A stretch of DNA of 64,000 nt, from assembly GCA_963789065.1 (NCBI GenBank), contig CAWBKA010000020.1, positions 4,192 through 68,191 of the forward strand, given 5' to 3'. Source of the DNA: an uncultured Verrucomicrobiae bacterium (GTDB lineage Bacteria > Verrucomicrobiota > Verrucomicrobiia > Chthoniobacterales > JAFAMB01). The notes beneath the pieces were generated by a model, which was not told the origin of the DNA, did no database searches, and was given only the letters and a program-made list of their open reading frames with translations. Numbering within the stretch: position 1 is the first letter of the stretch; the number at the start of each line of letters is the position of its first letter. Below are positions 1-8,445 of the stretch, one piece after another. Both the position numbers and the translations under genes were made by a program.

Positions 1-1885
1 CGATTGCCTCGTACTCGGCGAGACCCAGGCGGTCATAGTGCTGAGCCGTTGCTCGATTGTTGTTTTCGGCCTGCTGCCAACTCTCTCCGGATTGCTTTTC
101 CAGGAATGGCGTTTGGCTTCGCTGTGAGCGGTGATGATAGAGACAATCCAATTTGACCGCCAACTCCGCCGGGCTCAGAGGTACGGCCATGTCGATTTCC
201 TCCGGATACCATGGGCGTTCGCTGGAAGCGTATAACCAGACTTGGCAGGCCTTCATCCAGGGTTCATCGCCGCACATCCGGAGAGCGGAGGTGACAAGGC
301 GAAATGAAATCCCAGCAACGCTGCCAGGTTCGGCTCCGGCACCCGTGAGGTAGATCTGATGAGGCAGGATACGTTGACATAATTCCCGGATGACAGCCAC
401 GTCTTTCTCCCCGGTGGTGAACTGGCGGTACCGGCCCTCTTCGTAAAATGGAAGATCAAGAAAGTGCACCTGAGGAAGGGCGAGTCCAAGTACCTGGCAG
501 GAGCCACGTGCCTCGGCCTTGCGAATGAGCCCCTTAAACTGTCGTAAGTCAGAGCTGTCCTCGTCGAACGGGGTCTTGTTCTCAAGCTCGTGAGCCAGAT
601 CTTCTACGCGACCCTTCCTCTGGTGCCCTCCTGGTCGGGTGCCACTGAGCTCATGGAGTAGACTGATCGCCATGCGGGCCTCGCTGTCAGGGACGCCGAG
701 GTTGCCCGAAGTCAGGTAGGCAAACGTGACCTCATGTTGGTGGCGGCAAAGGCGATGCAGTGTGCCAGCCATGCTCAGCTCGGCATCAAGCGGTTCCGGC
801 CCAAAGACGAGGACCCGCTTCCGGGCCGGCTCCGCCGGAACCGGGCGGTTCGAGTCATCGGCATTTGGTTTTCCGCCCGGCCAGCCGGTGATGGTATGTT
901 GCAGTTCGTTAAAGATACGAATGTTGAGCGTGTAAGCCGAGCCGGTTTCCAAGAGCAGCGGGGCGAGGCCGCGTTCCGTGTAGTCTTCGTCGCGTAATCT
1001 GAGGACTGGCTTTTTAAGATCGTTGGCTAACGAAACAACGGCTTCTCGGATAACCTTAGGCTTCCAGTCGACCGGACCGACCTTCCAGGGAAACCGAGAA
1101 CGAGTCAGTTCTCCGGCGGCAGCCTCGTCGATGTAGCATCCGCAATTTGCATGTCTCTGGAGAAAACTGGCCGGAACAGTTTCAGTTTGCGGACCCTCGA
1201 TCGCCGCTCGAAGGATCGCGGCCTTCGATTCACCCCAGGCCAGGAGCGCGATTTCTTTGGCTTGCAAAATCGTTCCCACGCCCATGGTAATCGCGTATCC
1301 GGGTACATTTGCCTCACCTCGGAAGTCCCGTGCCGCATCCCGACGGGTTAAACGGTCCAAAGCCACCATTCGGGTTCGCGAATCAATGCCAGAACCGGGT
1401 TCATTAAACCCGATATGTCCCGTCCGTCCGATACCAAGAATCTGCAGATCGACGCCCCCGGCATTCCGAATCTGCCGCTCGTACTCCTGGCAATAGCTAA
1501 AGACTTCCGAACGCGCGATCATCCCGTCCGGCACATGCACGTTCTCCAATGGAACGTCGACGTGGCTAAAGAGCTGCACCTCCATGAAGTGGCGGTAACT
1601 CTCCGGATGGTGCGGCGGCAACCCGGCGTATTCGTCTAGATTGAAGGTGACAACGTTCCGGAAGGAGAGTCCCTCACTGCGGTGCAATCTGATCAGCTCG
1701 CGGTAAAGCTTGACTGGAGTTGAGCCCGTCGCGAGCCCCAACACCACATTCCGCCCCTCCTCTTGGCGTTGACGAATCAAACGCGCAACCGAAGCCGCCA
1801 CCACCCCGACAGCCTCATCCGAGGTCTGAAAGACCTTGGTTCTAATTCGTTCAAACTGTTCGGTTTCAGTGCGTGGCGTTTCCAT
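1..1885 (-). CDS. nagB: glucosamine-6-phosphate deaminase, long form with a C-terminal LmbE/PIG-L-like extension; 3' end runs off the window
   Basis: I translated the minus strand from the ATG at 1885-1883: METPRTETEQ..LGLATGSTP..FNLDEYAGL..LGIGRTGHIGFNEPGS..YDRLGLAEYEAI. It stays open to position 1. It is absent from the ORF track because no stop lies inside the window. Confidence 0.8.
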   Translation of the reverse strand, partial: METPRTETEQFERIRTKVFQTSDEAVGVVAASVARLIRQRQEEGRNVVLGLATGSTPVKLYRELIRLHRSEGLSFRNVVTFNLDEYAGLPPHHPESYRHFMEVQLFSHVDVPLENVHVPDGMIARSEVFSYCQEYERQIRNAGGVDLQILGIGRTGHIGFNEPGSGIDSRTRMVALDRLTRRDAARDFRGEANVPGYAITMGVGTILQAKEIALLAWGESKAAILRAAIEGPQTETVPASFLQRHANCGCYIDEAAAGELTRSRFPWKVGPVDWKPKVIREAVVSLANDLKKPVLRLRDEDYTERGLAPLLLETGSAYTLNIRIFNELQHTITGWPGGKPNADDSNRPVPAEPARKRVLVFGPEPLDAELSMAGTLHRLCRHQHEVTFAYLTSGNLGVPDSEARMAISLLHELSGTRPGGHQRKGRVEDLAHELENKTPFDEDSSDLRQFKGLIRKAEARGSCQVLGLALPQVHFLDLPFYEEGRYRQFTTGEKDVAVIRELCQRILPHQIYLTGAGAEPGSVAGISFRLVTSALRMCGDEPWMKACQVWLYASSERPWYPEEIDMAVPLSPAELAVKLDCLYHHRSQRSQTPFLEKQSGESWQQAENNNRATAQHYDRLGLAEYEAI

Positions 1886-2168
1886 TTGCGGGTTTAGGTT
1901 TAAGGTCCGGGTAAAAGCGATTCACGAAAAGGGAGGAAGGAGCACGAAGATGCGAGGTTATCGCTTGGGGAGCACATGAACACGATAACTATCGCCATGG
2001 TAAGTCGAGACAGCAAACTAAGGAATGTCGATTCTGGTAGCTGCGTGAGATTAGGAACTCTCATCAGGCCGGATCTGGTGGCAAGAGCCATTGAGTTTTT
2101 CTTTCAACGCTTCAACCAACCGGTTACCTTCGATTTTGAGCGTCGCTGCTCACCCCCGTGCGCATTTC

Positions 2169-3182
2169 ATGAAGGTTACTATCCGAAGCGTGGCGAAACT
2201 TGCCGGCGTGGCGCCCAGTACCGTGTCGCATTACCTCAACCAGAGCGCGCCTATCTCGGTGCTCACCGCCCAGAGTGTCGAGCGAGCGATCTTGGCCTTA
2301 AATTATCGAGTAAACCTCGGGGCGCGAAGTCTGCGGCTACGGAAGACGCATTCCATCGGTTTGGTGATTCCGAATATCTCGACACCGTTTTTTGGCGAAC
2401 TGGCCGCTGTCATCGAGAACGCTCTCTGGGACCGTGATTACCAAACTTTGCTTTGTATTTCTCAACGGGATGTCGAGCGGGAGGTTTTGCAACTGGCTAA
2501 TCTTGTCAGTCGTCAGGTGGACGGAATTCTGCTCGCTTACACCAGCGAGCAGAGTAAAGCGATCGAGTTTTCCAAGGAAATCTCCATCCCGTTTGTCTTC
2601 ATTGATCGTCGCGTTCCAGACGAGTATTCGGTGGCGACGGATAACTATCTGGGAGGGCAACTGGCGGCGCGCCACTTGACGGAACTCGGCCACCGGTGCA
2701 TTGGGATGCTCTGCGGGGAAGCCGAGATTCGAAATGTCGCGGAACGGATCGACGGCTTCCAAACGGAGCTCAGGAGATCGGGCTGTGAAGTTTCGCCAGA
2801 CTATATGCTATACGGTCTGCAGGAGCTACAGCTGGGACTACGGATCGCCGAGCTCTTGGAGAAAAATCCGCGCCCGACAGCGTTTTTCGCGACCAACGAT
2901 ATTGTCGCGGTGGGCGCCTGGCGAACGCTGCTTGAGTCAGGTTATCGGATTCCGCAAGATTTTTCGATTGTCGGCTTTGATGACATCGAAATAGGCCGTT
3001 TCCTGGTGCCCCCTCTGACCACCGTGGCGCAACCGACCGGCGAAATGGGAGCGAAAGCCGTCGATTTGTTGTTGGAGTTGATCAACGACGAAGCGGGATA
3101 TCTAACCAAACCGACAACCAATTTGATGATCTCTCCGACGCTGCAGATTCGAGGATCGAGCACCATACCCGGAGCTTCATGA
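2169..3182 (+). CDS. LacI-family transcriptional regulator, divergent from nagB
   Basis: ORF 2091..3182. The N-terminal HTH is MKVTIRSVAKLAGVAPSTVSHYLN, followed by a periplasmic-binding-fold core (FATNDIVAVGA, IVGFDDIE). The start is placed at the internal ATG that begins the HTH. Confidence 0.85.
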   Translation: MKVTIRSVAKLAGVAPSTVSHYLNQSAPISVLTAQSVERAILALNYRVNLGARSLRLRKTHSIGLVIPNISTPFFGELAAVIENALWDRDYQTLLCISQRDVEREVLQLANLVSRQVDGILLAYTSEQSKAIEFSKEISIPFVFIDRRVPDEYSVATDNYLGGQLAARHLTELGHRCIGMLCGEAEIRNVAERIDGFQTELRRSGCEVSPDYMLYGLQELQLGLRIAELLEKNPRPTAFFATNDIVAVGAWRTLLESGYRIPQDFSIVGFDDIEIGRFLVPPLTTVAQPTGEMGAKAVDLLLELINDEAGYLTKPTTNLMISPTLQIRGSSTIPGAS

Positions 3183-4103
3183 GACAGAATGCGGAGTGGG
3201 CGAAAAAAACCGCAATCGCCGGCACCAACGGCCGAGCAACGACTGGGTTTTGTCCGACGCGTAGAAGAAATCGAGGACGAGAACAAGGATGACGACGAGG
3301 ACGATATTTAGGAACGATTGTCGAGGAACGAGAGCGGTCCGTTTGGGGCGATGTTCAAAGGTGGCGTAGAGAAATCTCAAAAGCTTCCGGAACTCTACGA
3401 AGCAGTTGCCAAGAAGGATGGGCCGGGCAGAATATTTGAACGCTGGATCTGTCGTCTCAACCGACGGCGTCGACGGTTTACATCTCACGGCCGAATCCGA
3501 AAAAAACTCGGAGCCGCGTCCTACGTACGGCAGTGTAGCGCCAAAGGGAGATCATCGATGTGGTGTGTCGCGCCCCGGGAGGGTGGCCTGGGCCGGAATT
3601 GCACCAAAATTGCGTCAGAGCCGATTTAATTGATCGTCATGTCCCTGGTAGAGCAGAGGCCGTGCGCGGCGGTGCAATTACCTAAGTATCGCAGAGGAGT
3701 CAGCCGGAATCCCGTCTGGTGGCCTTTAACGAATGCCGCCGAAGTTCTGCACATGATCGGCGCCGGACCAATGCCATGCGATTCCTCATGAACACTCTCC
3801 TCGCACACCCAATACCGCTCTTGATGCATGCGTCCCGGCAAAACCTCTGGATTGCGCTCGCTCCAGAAAACTCATTGCCACAGATGGAGCAGGTGCGTTG
3901 AGGCTCCGTGCTAATGGGCCTAACCGCCCTTCAGTCGCTATCTGAGCCGAAAACAACACCAAGGCACTCCTGATAAAAAGTGCCGCTTTAATTCTGCGGA
4001 TTTTCTGAAACTCGGGCTTTCTCCTGCCTTTGTAAGTTGACGAAGCCCGACTGCTTGAGCAGCGAGCCGCCCGCGCAGCCAAAATCGACAACCGGAATTT
4101 AGG

Positions 4104-4394
4104 ATGAGAACACAAAGGCGACTGCAGAAAATATCAACCGCAATAAGCTTGGTCGGCTTGGCCCTGGGGTTTTCCGTTTTAGGCCTTCTGATGGTCGCGA
4201 AAGAACACGATGGCGGCGCATCGATCACCGGTGGAATTCTTGGCATTTTGCTAGGCACGGCATTTCTGATTGCGGCATGCCTGCATAGGAAGCGTGGCGA
4301 TCAAATTCCGGGCGGATTTCAGGTAGAGGAAGTTCCAGCAGTCGAAATCGTTTCTGAAATGCTCCAAGCTCCCGGAGCAATATGTAGTTTCTGA
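4104..4394 (+). CDS. possible small two-TM membrane protein
   Basis: Two clear hydrophobic helices (ISTAISLVGLALGFSVLGLLMVA and ITGGILGILLGTAFLIAACL). It sits in a gene-poor region, overlaps an antisense ORF, and the RBS is poor. Confidence 0.3.
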   Translation: MRTQRRLQKISTAISLVGLALGFSVLGLLMVAKEHDGGASITGGILGILLGTAFLIAACLHRKRGDQIPGGFQVEEVPAVEIVSEMLQAPGAICSF

Positions 4395-5089
4395 AAACCC
4401 TAAAATAGCGGCTAACCACGAAAATTCTGGCCGGTACCTCCACTCTTCTCTCTTTCGAGGCTTTTGGACTAAAGATGTAATGGTAAAAAGCCATGCTTGC
4501 GACCACGGCACAATTGTAAGTTGACTGACCGGTATACGCGTGTATCTTTGGACTCAGGTTTTCAAGAAGTTCTCTGGGCATCTTGGGAGGCGCCTCGATT
4601 AGGGGTGGCTGGTCCATGATGCTGAGAGGAAAAATGGAAACATTAATATTTGCGTTAATCGCATCATACAACGCGCACCGACAACAAGAGTCGGTGATCG
4701 CTGAACCGGAGGAATTTCAGCCTTTTGATTTGCAAGCGCTGAGAAACTCCGAAAACAACAAGCTGCACCGGTCGTCAAGACGCTGGGAAGCATACGTGCC
4801 ACAAACCGCCTGACTCCTTTCGACCATGAACTCAAAATCTAACCTCGATTCCCCCCAGACTCCTTTTTTTTTGTCGAGGCAGCTTCTCGCCGGGCTTGTA
4901 AGTTGCCAGCAATCCTCCCCCACCCTACTCGCCTGAGTATCCGTTCCAGATTTTTGGCTTGTTTCTTCGCAACAATTACGAGCTTTGTCTCTCTTGACGC
5001 ACCCAAGCATCCGCACTGAAGCGTCGGTTCCTGCGACGTACTCATCTCAATAATAGGCCGCGATTGCGGCGAAAGCCGATGCGCATTCC

Positions 5090-5310
5090 TTGGGCGCGTC
5101 CCGTTACCTTCGCCGGCTCGGGCTGGTGCTGCCTGTTTGCGCCGATCGGAAAAGCTCGTCACGCGCATTGCTCCCTTCCTCTTTTGTAAGACCGGCGCCT
5201 CGCCTTATCATTTTGGAAAACGTGTGCGGGACGCTAACCTCGCAGTGCGGAAAAGACTTCGCCACGATCTGCGCCGCTCTCGAAGAAGAACAAGGCCTGA
5301 CCGCACGAAA
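5090..5310 (+). pseudogene. remnant of a DNA (cytosine-5) methyltransferase (motif VI region only)
   Basis: The translation ..RALLPSSFVRPAPRLIILENVCGTLTSQCGKDFATICAALEEEQG matches the Dcm-family pattern L..F.R...P..I.LENV.G.L...G..F..I...L...G. Upstream PCQ-type and downstream QxRxR/GNAV motifs are not recoverable. Confidence 0.45.
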
Positions 5311-5509
5311 CGGAAATCTAAGCACGCTAAGGGCTTCCGAGGATCACTCGACTAAAATAAAACTCTCCAGAAATTCGACCACAGCTCGTTTTACGAGAAA
5401 ACCGGCGCCCGGAGACCCGCTACCTTGTGATGGAGGTTAGCATTCTCTTGACGTGCCTTTCACTCCGTTCCACGAGGAGAGAGAACTCCTTAGCGTGCTT
5501 AGATTTCCG
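5311..5509. repeat. perfect 21-bp inverted repeat pair (cggaaatctaagcacgctaag at 5311-5331; its reverse complement at 5489-5509), about 157 bp apart
   Basis: Read directly from the sequence. The arms extend to about 28 bp with mismatches. The pair starts exactly where the methyltransferase remnant loses similarity. Confidence 0.85.
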
Positions 5510-5646
5510 TATCGTGTGCGGACCCCATGGAGCCGCTTATCGGGGCAAAGTTGGTAAAGATAGAATATGGCTGGAAACGCGATATCAAATTCTCACGGGC
5601 GCTCGCTCTCGCGATCGGGCGAACGGTTGCTATCTTATCGCAAACG

Positions 5647-7293
5647 ATGAGAAGAGCCGGTTTTATCAGCTGTTTCGTTTTCGCGCTGATGATCGTCAAT
5701 GTTGACGCCGATAGTGCGTCGCCGGAACCGTTCTTCGAAGGTCTGGGGTCTCACACGCGAAAGATCACCACCGACTCTCCCGAAGCGCAAAAATACTTCG
5801 ACCAAGGTCTCGACTTCCTCTTCGGCTTCAATCACAGCGCCGCAATTCGGGCATTCCAAGCGGCGGAGAAGGTTGATCCGACCTGCGCCATGGTGCATTG
5901 GGGCGTCGCGCTTGCGTGCGGGCCGCACATCAACTTCCCGCACATACCGCAGCCGGCGGCCGAACTCGCTTGGAAGGAACTCGTACTTGCCCAGGAAAAC
6001 GCGTCACACGCGTCAGTAGTAGAGAAAGCGCTCATCGAGGCGCTCGGCCATCGCTATGCGAATCCGCAGCCCGAGGATCGCGGGCCGCTGGATCGCGCCT
6101 ACGCTGACGCGATGCGCGGGGTTTGGAATACGCACGGTAATGATCCCGATGTCGGCGCGCTTTTTGCCGAAGCGATGATGGACCTGCGGCCGTGGGACCA
6201 GTGGACCGCAGATGGCCAACCGCAGCCCGGCACCGAAGAAATTCTCGCGACCCTCGATGCCGTATTGAAACTCGACGTGAATCATCCGCTGGCAAATCAC
6301 CTCTACATCCACGCCGTCGAGGCCTCGCCGCATCCTGAGTTGGCTGACGCCGCAGCCGATCGCTTGCGCGAACTCCAGCCCGGCCTCGCGCACAGCGTGC
6401 ACATGTCTTCGCACATCGATATCCGCCGCGGTCGCTGGCACGACGCCATCGAAGGAAACCTCAAGGCCATCGCTGCGGACGATCATTACCGCGCGGTCTT
6501 CGGGCCACTGCAGGGCCTGAATATTATATACGCCGCCCATAACCAACACATGCTCGCCTATGCCGCGATGATGACTGGCCAAAGCGAACTGGCTGTCCAA
6601 CATATCCGCGCGATGGTGGATGGCATTCCTCTTGACTTCGTGAAGGAACACGCGGCCATAGCCGAGAGTTTCGTTGGCCTGCCCTACGAAGTGCTTATCC
6701 GATTCGGACGGTGGGACGACATTTTGGCCGCGCCCGATCATCCCGACTTCATGCCACTCACGCGCGCGCTGCGCTTTGCGGCGCGCGGCATCGCGCTTGC
6801 GGCCAAAGGGGATGTCGCTGCAGCCAAGCTCGAACAGCAGGCATATTTGGCTGCGGTGACGCTTGTGCCGCCAGAGGAAACCAGCGGTTCCGACACCAGG
6901 CAGGCGATTCTGCCCATTGTCACTCCGATGCTAGCGGGCGAAATTCTTTATCGCGACGGCAAGGTCGGCGAGGGTCTCGCCAAACTGCGTGAAGCAATTA
7001 AAGCTGAGGACGCACTGCCATACAGCGAGCCGCCCGACTGGATTTTGCCGGCACGCCATTCGCTCGGCGCGGCGCTCATGCAGGAGCGCCGCTTTGCCGA
7101 AGCCGAACAGGTGTATCGAGACGACCTCGCGCATCTGCCTGAAAACGGCTGGTCGCTCTTCGGTCTCGCGCAGACCCTCCACCGTCAGGGTAAAGAGGAA
7201 GAAGCCGTCGCGACTGAGGCCCGTTTCCAGAAAACGTGGTCTAAGGCCGACGTGCAGATTAAAAGCTCCTGCCTATGTCAGCCGGGAGTCTGA
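5647..7293 (+). CDS. secreted TPR-like repeat protein
   Basis: ORF 5527..7293. The internal start MRRAGFISCFVFALMIVNVDA looks like a signal peptide. The body is helical-repeat-like (AAIRAFQAAEKVDPTCAMVHWGVALA ..). Confidence 0.7.
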   Translation: MRRAGFISCFVFALMIVNVDADSASPEPFFEGLGSHTRKITTDSPEAQKYFDQGLDFLFGFNHSAAIRAFQAAEKVDPTCAMVHWGVALACGPHINFPHIPQPAAELAWKELVLAQENASHASVVEKALIEALGHRYANPQPEDRGPLDRAYADAMRGVWNTHGNDPDVGALFAEAMMDLRPWDQWTADGQPQPGTEEILATLDAVLKLDVNHPLANHLYIHAVEASPHPELADAAADRLRELQPGLAHSVHMSSHIDIRRGRWHDAIEGNLKAIAADDHYRAVFGPLQGLNIIYAAHNQHMLAYAAMMTGQSELAVQHIRAMVDGIPLDFVKEHAAIAESFVGLPYEVLIRFGRWDDILAAPDHPDFMPLTRALRFAARGIALAAKGDVAAAKLEQQAYLAAVTLVPPEETSGSDTRQAILPIVTPMLAGEILYRDGKVGEGLAKLREAIKAEDALPYSEPPDWILPARHSLGAALMQERRFAEAEQVYRDDLAHLPENGWSLFGLAQTLHRQGKEEEAVATEARFQKTWSKADVQIKSSCLCQPGV

Positions 7294-7347
7294 GCCAGAT
7301 TTGCGAGACTGAATTTTCGATCGTTTCCCGCGCTTTTAAGACGTGGA

Positions 7348-7686
7348 TGTCGCGATGCCCTTTATTAGTGGAATTTGCATTCGCGACCCTGAAAATTGCT
7401 CTTAATTAATGCGTGGAGTTCAACATTTTTGCTGCCCTTAATTAATGGAATTTGTTGCTGTTTATCTGTGAGCTCTGCGCGCACAAAAATGGCCACTTGA
7501 GACGGTAGAGCGGCATGAAAATCGGATTTCGCCCGCTACAGAGCGTCAACAAAACGGCGTGACACTCTGTCCACCGATTAAGGGCCGCATTCCACAGATA
7601 AACGACGGCACCCCGTTGCCCTTTATCCGTGGACTCTCCTCGAGAGACAGAAGCCTGGGATTCCACTAATAAAGGGCATCACGACA
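7348..7686. repeat. palindromic, MITE-like element or motif array: about 27-bp terminal inverted repeats enclosing 8 copies of a GCCCTT(T/A)AT..GTGGAAT-like motif
   Basis: gatgccctttattagtggaat at 7354-7374 equals the reverse complement of 7660-7680 (21/21). The arms extend to tgtcgNgatgccc... Further motif copies start near 7399, 7431, 7455 and 7617 on the plus strand, and near 7574 and 7590 on the minus strand. There is no ORF inside. Confidence 0.75.
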
Positions 7687-7834
7687 GTGTGATTTGGAAA
7701 ATTATTTTGTGTGAATCTTTGGGCGATATTTTGCGCAGTCGTTGCCACCGCCCTAATTCAGCGTTTGCGATACCGGGTTGGACCAAAGCACCCCTAAGCC
7801 GGTCAGGAGCGCGAGCTAGTTCCTACTCGATCGT

Positions 7835-8077
7835 TCAACCCCCCATCATTTCCGCAGCGCGCTCCAAGTCTTTCCAAAATCCTCCGCGGCACGGCGTCAG
7901 TTCGGAAATCTCTTGGAACCCATCCAAGGCGAGCTCTAGTTCATTGTGCTGAAGCCACTCATCAGACTCCTTCCGGAGTTTTACGACCTCTTCAGACGAA
8001 TCTTGGACAACGTGCCGCGCCCGATGCAGCAGCGTCGCGGTGGCTTTCCATTGCTTGATCAGTTCGGGCGATGGCAT
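7835..8077 (-). CDS. small immunity-like protein (resembles MafI-family polymorphic-toxin immunity proteins)
   Basis: The 80-aa product MPSPELIKQW..EWLQHNELELALDGFQEISE..GGFWKDLERAAEMMGG has the HNE(L/Y)xLAL(D/E) core and a C-terminal W..L...A..M pattern that I recall from MafI-type immunity proteins. No search was possible. Confidence 0.45.
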   Translation of the reverse strand: MPSPELIKQWKATATLLHRARHVVQDSSEEVVKLRKESDEWLQHNELELALDGFQEISELTPCRGGFWKDLERAAEMMGG

Positions 8078-8445
8078 GGGGTGCCTCAAGACAAACCTAT
8101 TGGTCGATGCTCTTAGAAAGAGCGCTCTGGAGGTCTGGACCAAAGCCGATCAGCCGATCTGCCGCTTTCCAGTCCCGATTGCGCACAACGCGACACGTTT
8201 CCAAACTTCGTCCTACAACCCCTTTATGACTGGCCAAAAGGGGACGCTTTTGCGTAGTCTCTAACGCCTCCGGACTGTCAGGCTTTGGACGGGGAAGAGG
8301 CTTGCCCGCTGCACGATGAGCTTCGCCCTGACATACTCTTACTCGATCTTCGGATGCCGAAAAAGATGGTCAGGAGGTTGCGTCCGAGCTGATGTCGCGA
8401 AAGCCGCAGCCCGAATTATCGTGCTGACCATCTCCGTCGTCTGCC

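Noticed and set aside
2118-2125. AACCGGTT palindrome as the LacI-family operator in the nagB-lacI divergent region. Also CGATAacTATCG near 1985.
   Set aside because: The symmetric cores are only 8 bp and 5+5 bp, with no extended 14-20 bp dyad. They are too short to call without comparative data.
3626-3841. Vsr/DUF559-type endonuclease remnant (..ERYWVCEESVHEE..) that would pair with the Dcm remnant.
   Set aside because: Only a few residues resemble the GW.V...WE motif. The orientation and the 1.3-kb distance from the Dcm fragment do not fit a dcm-vsr pair. It cannot be supported without a search.
7348-7686. DnaA-box cluster or replication origin, because several motif copies contain TTATC(C/T)GTGG.
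   Set aside because: The motif shares only TTATC with the DnaA box TTATCCACA. The remainder differs on both strands, and there is no dnaA/dnaN or AT-rich unwinding element nearby.
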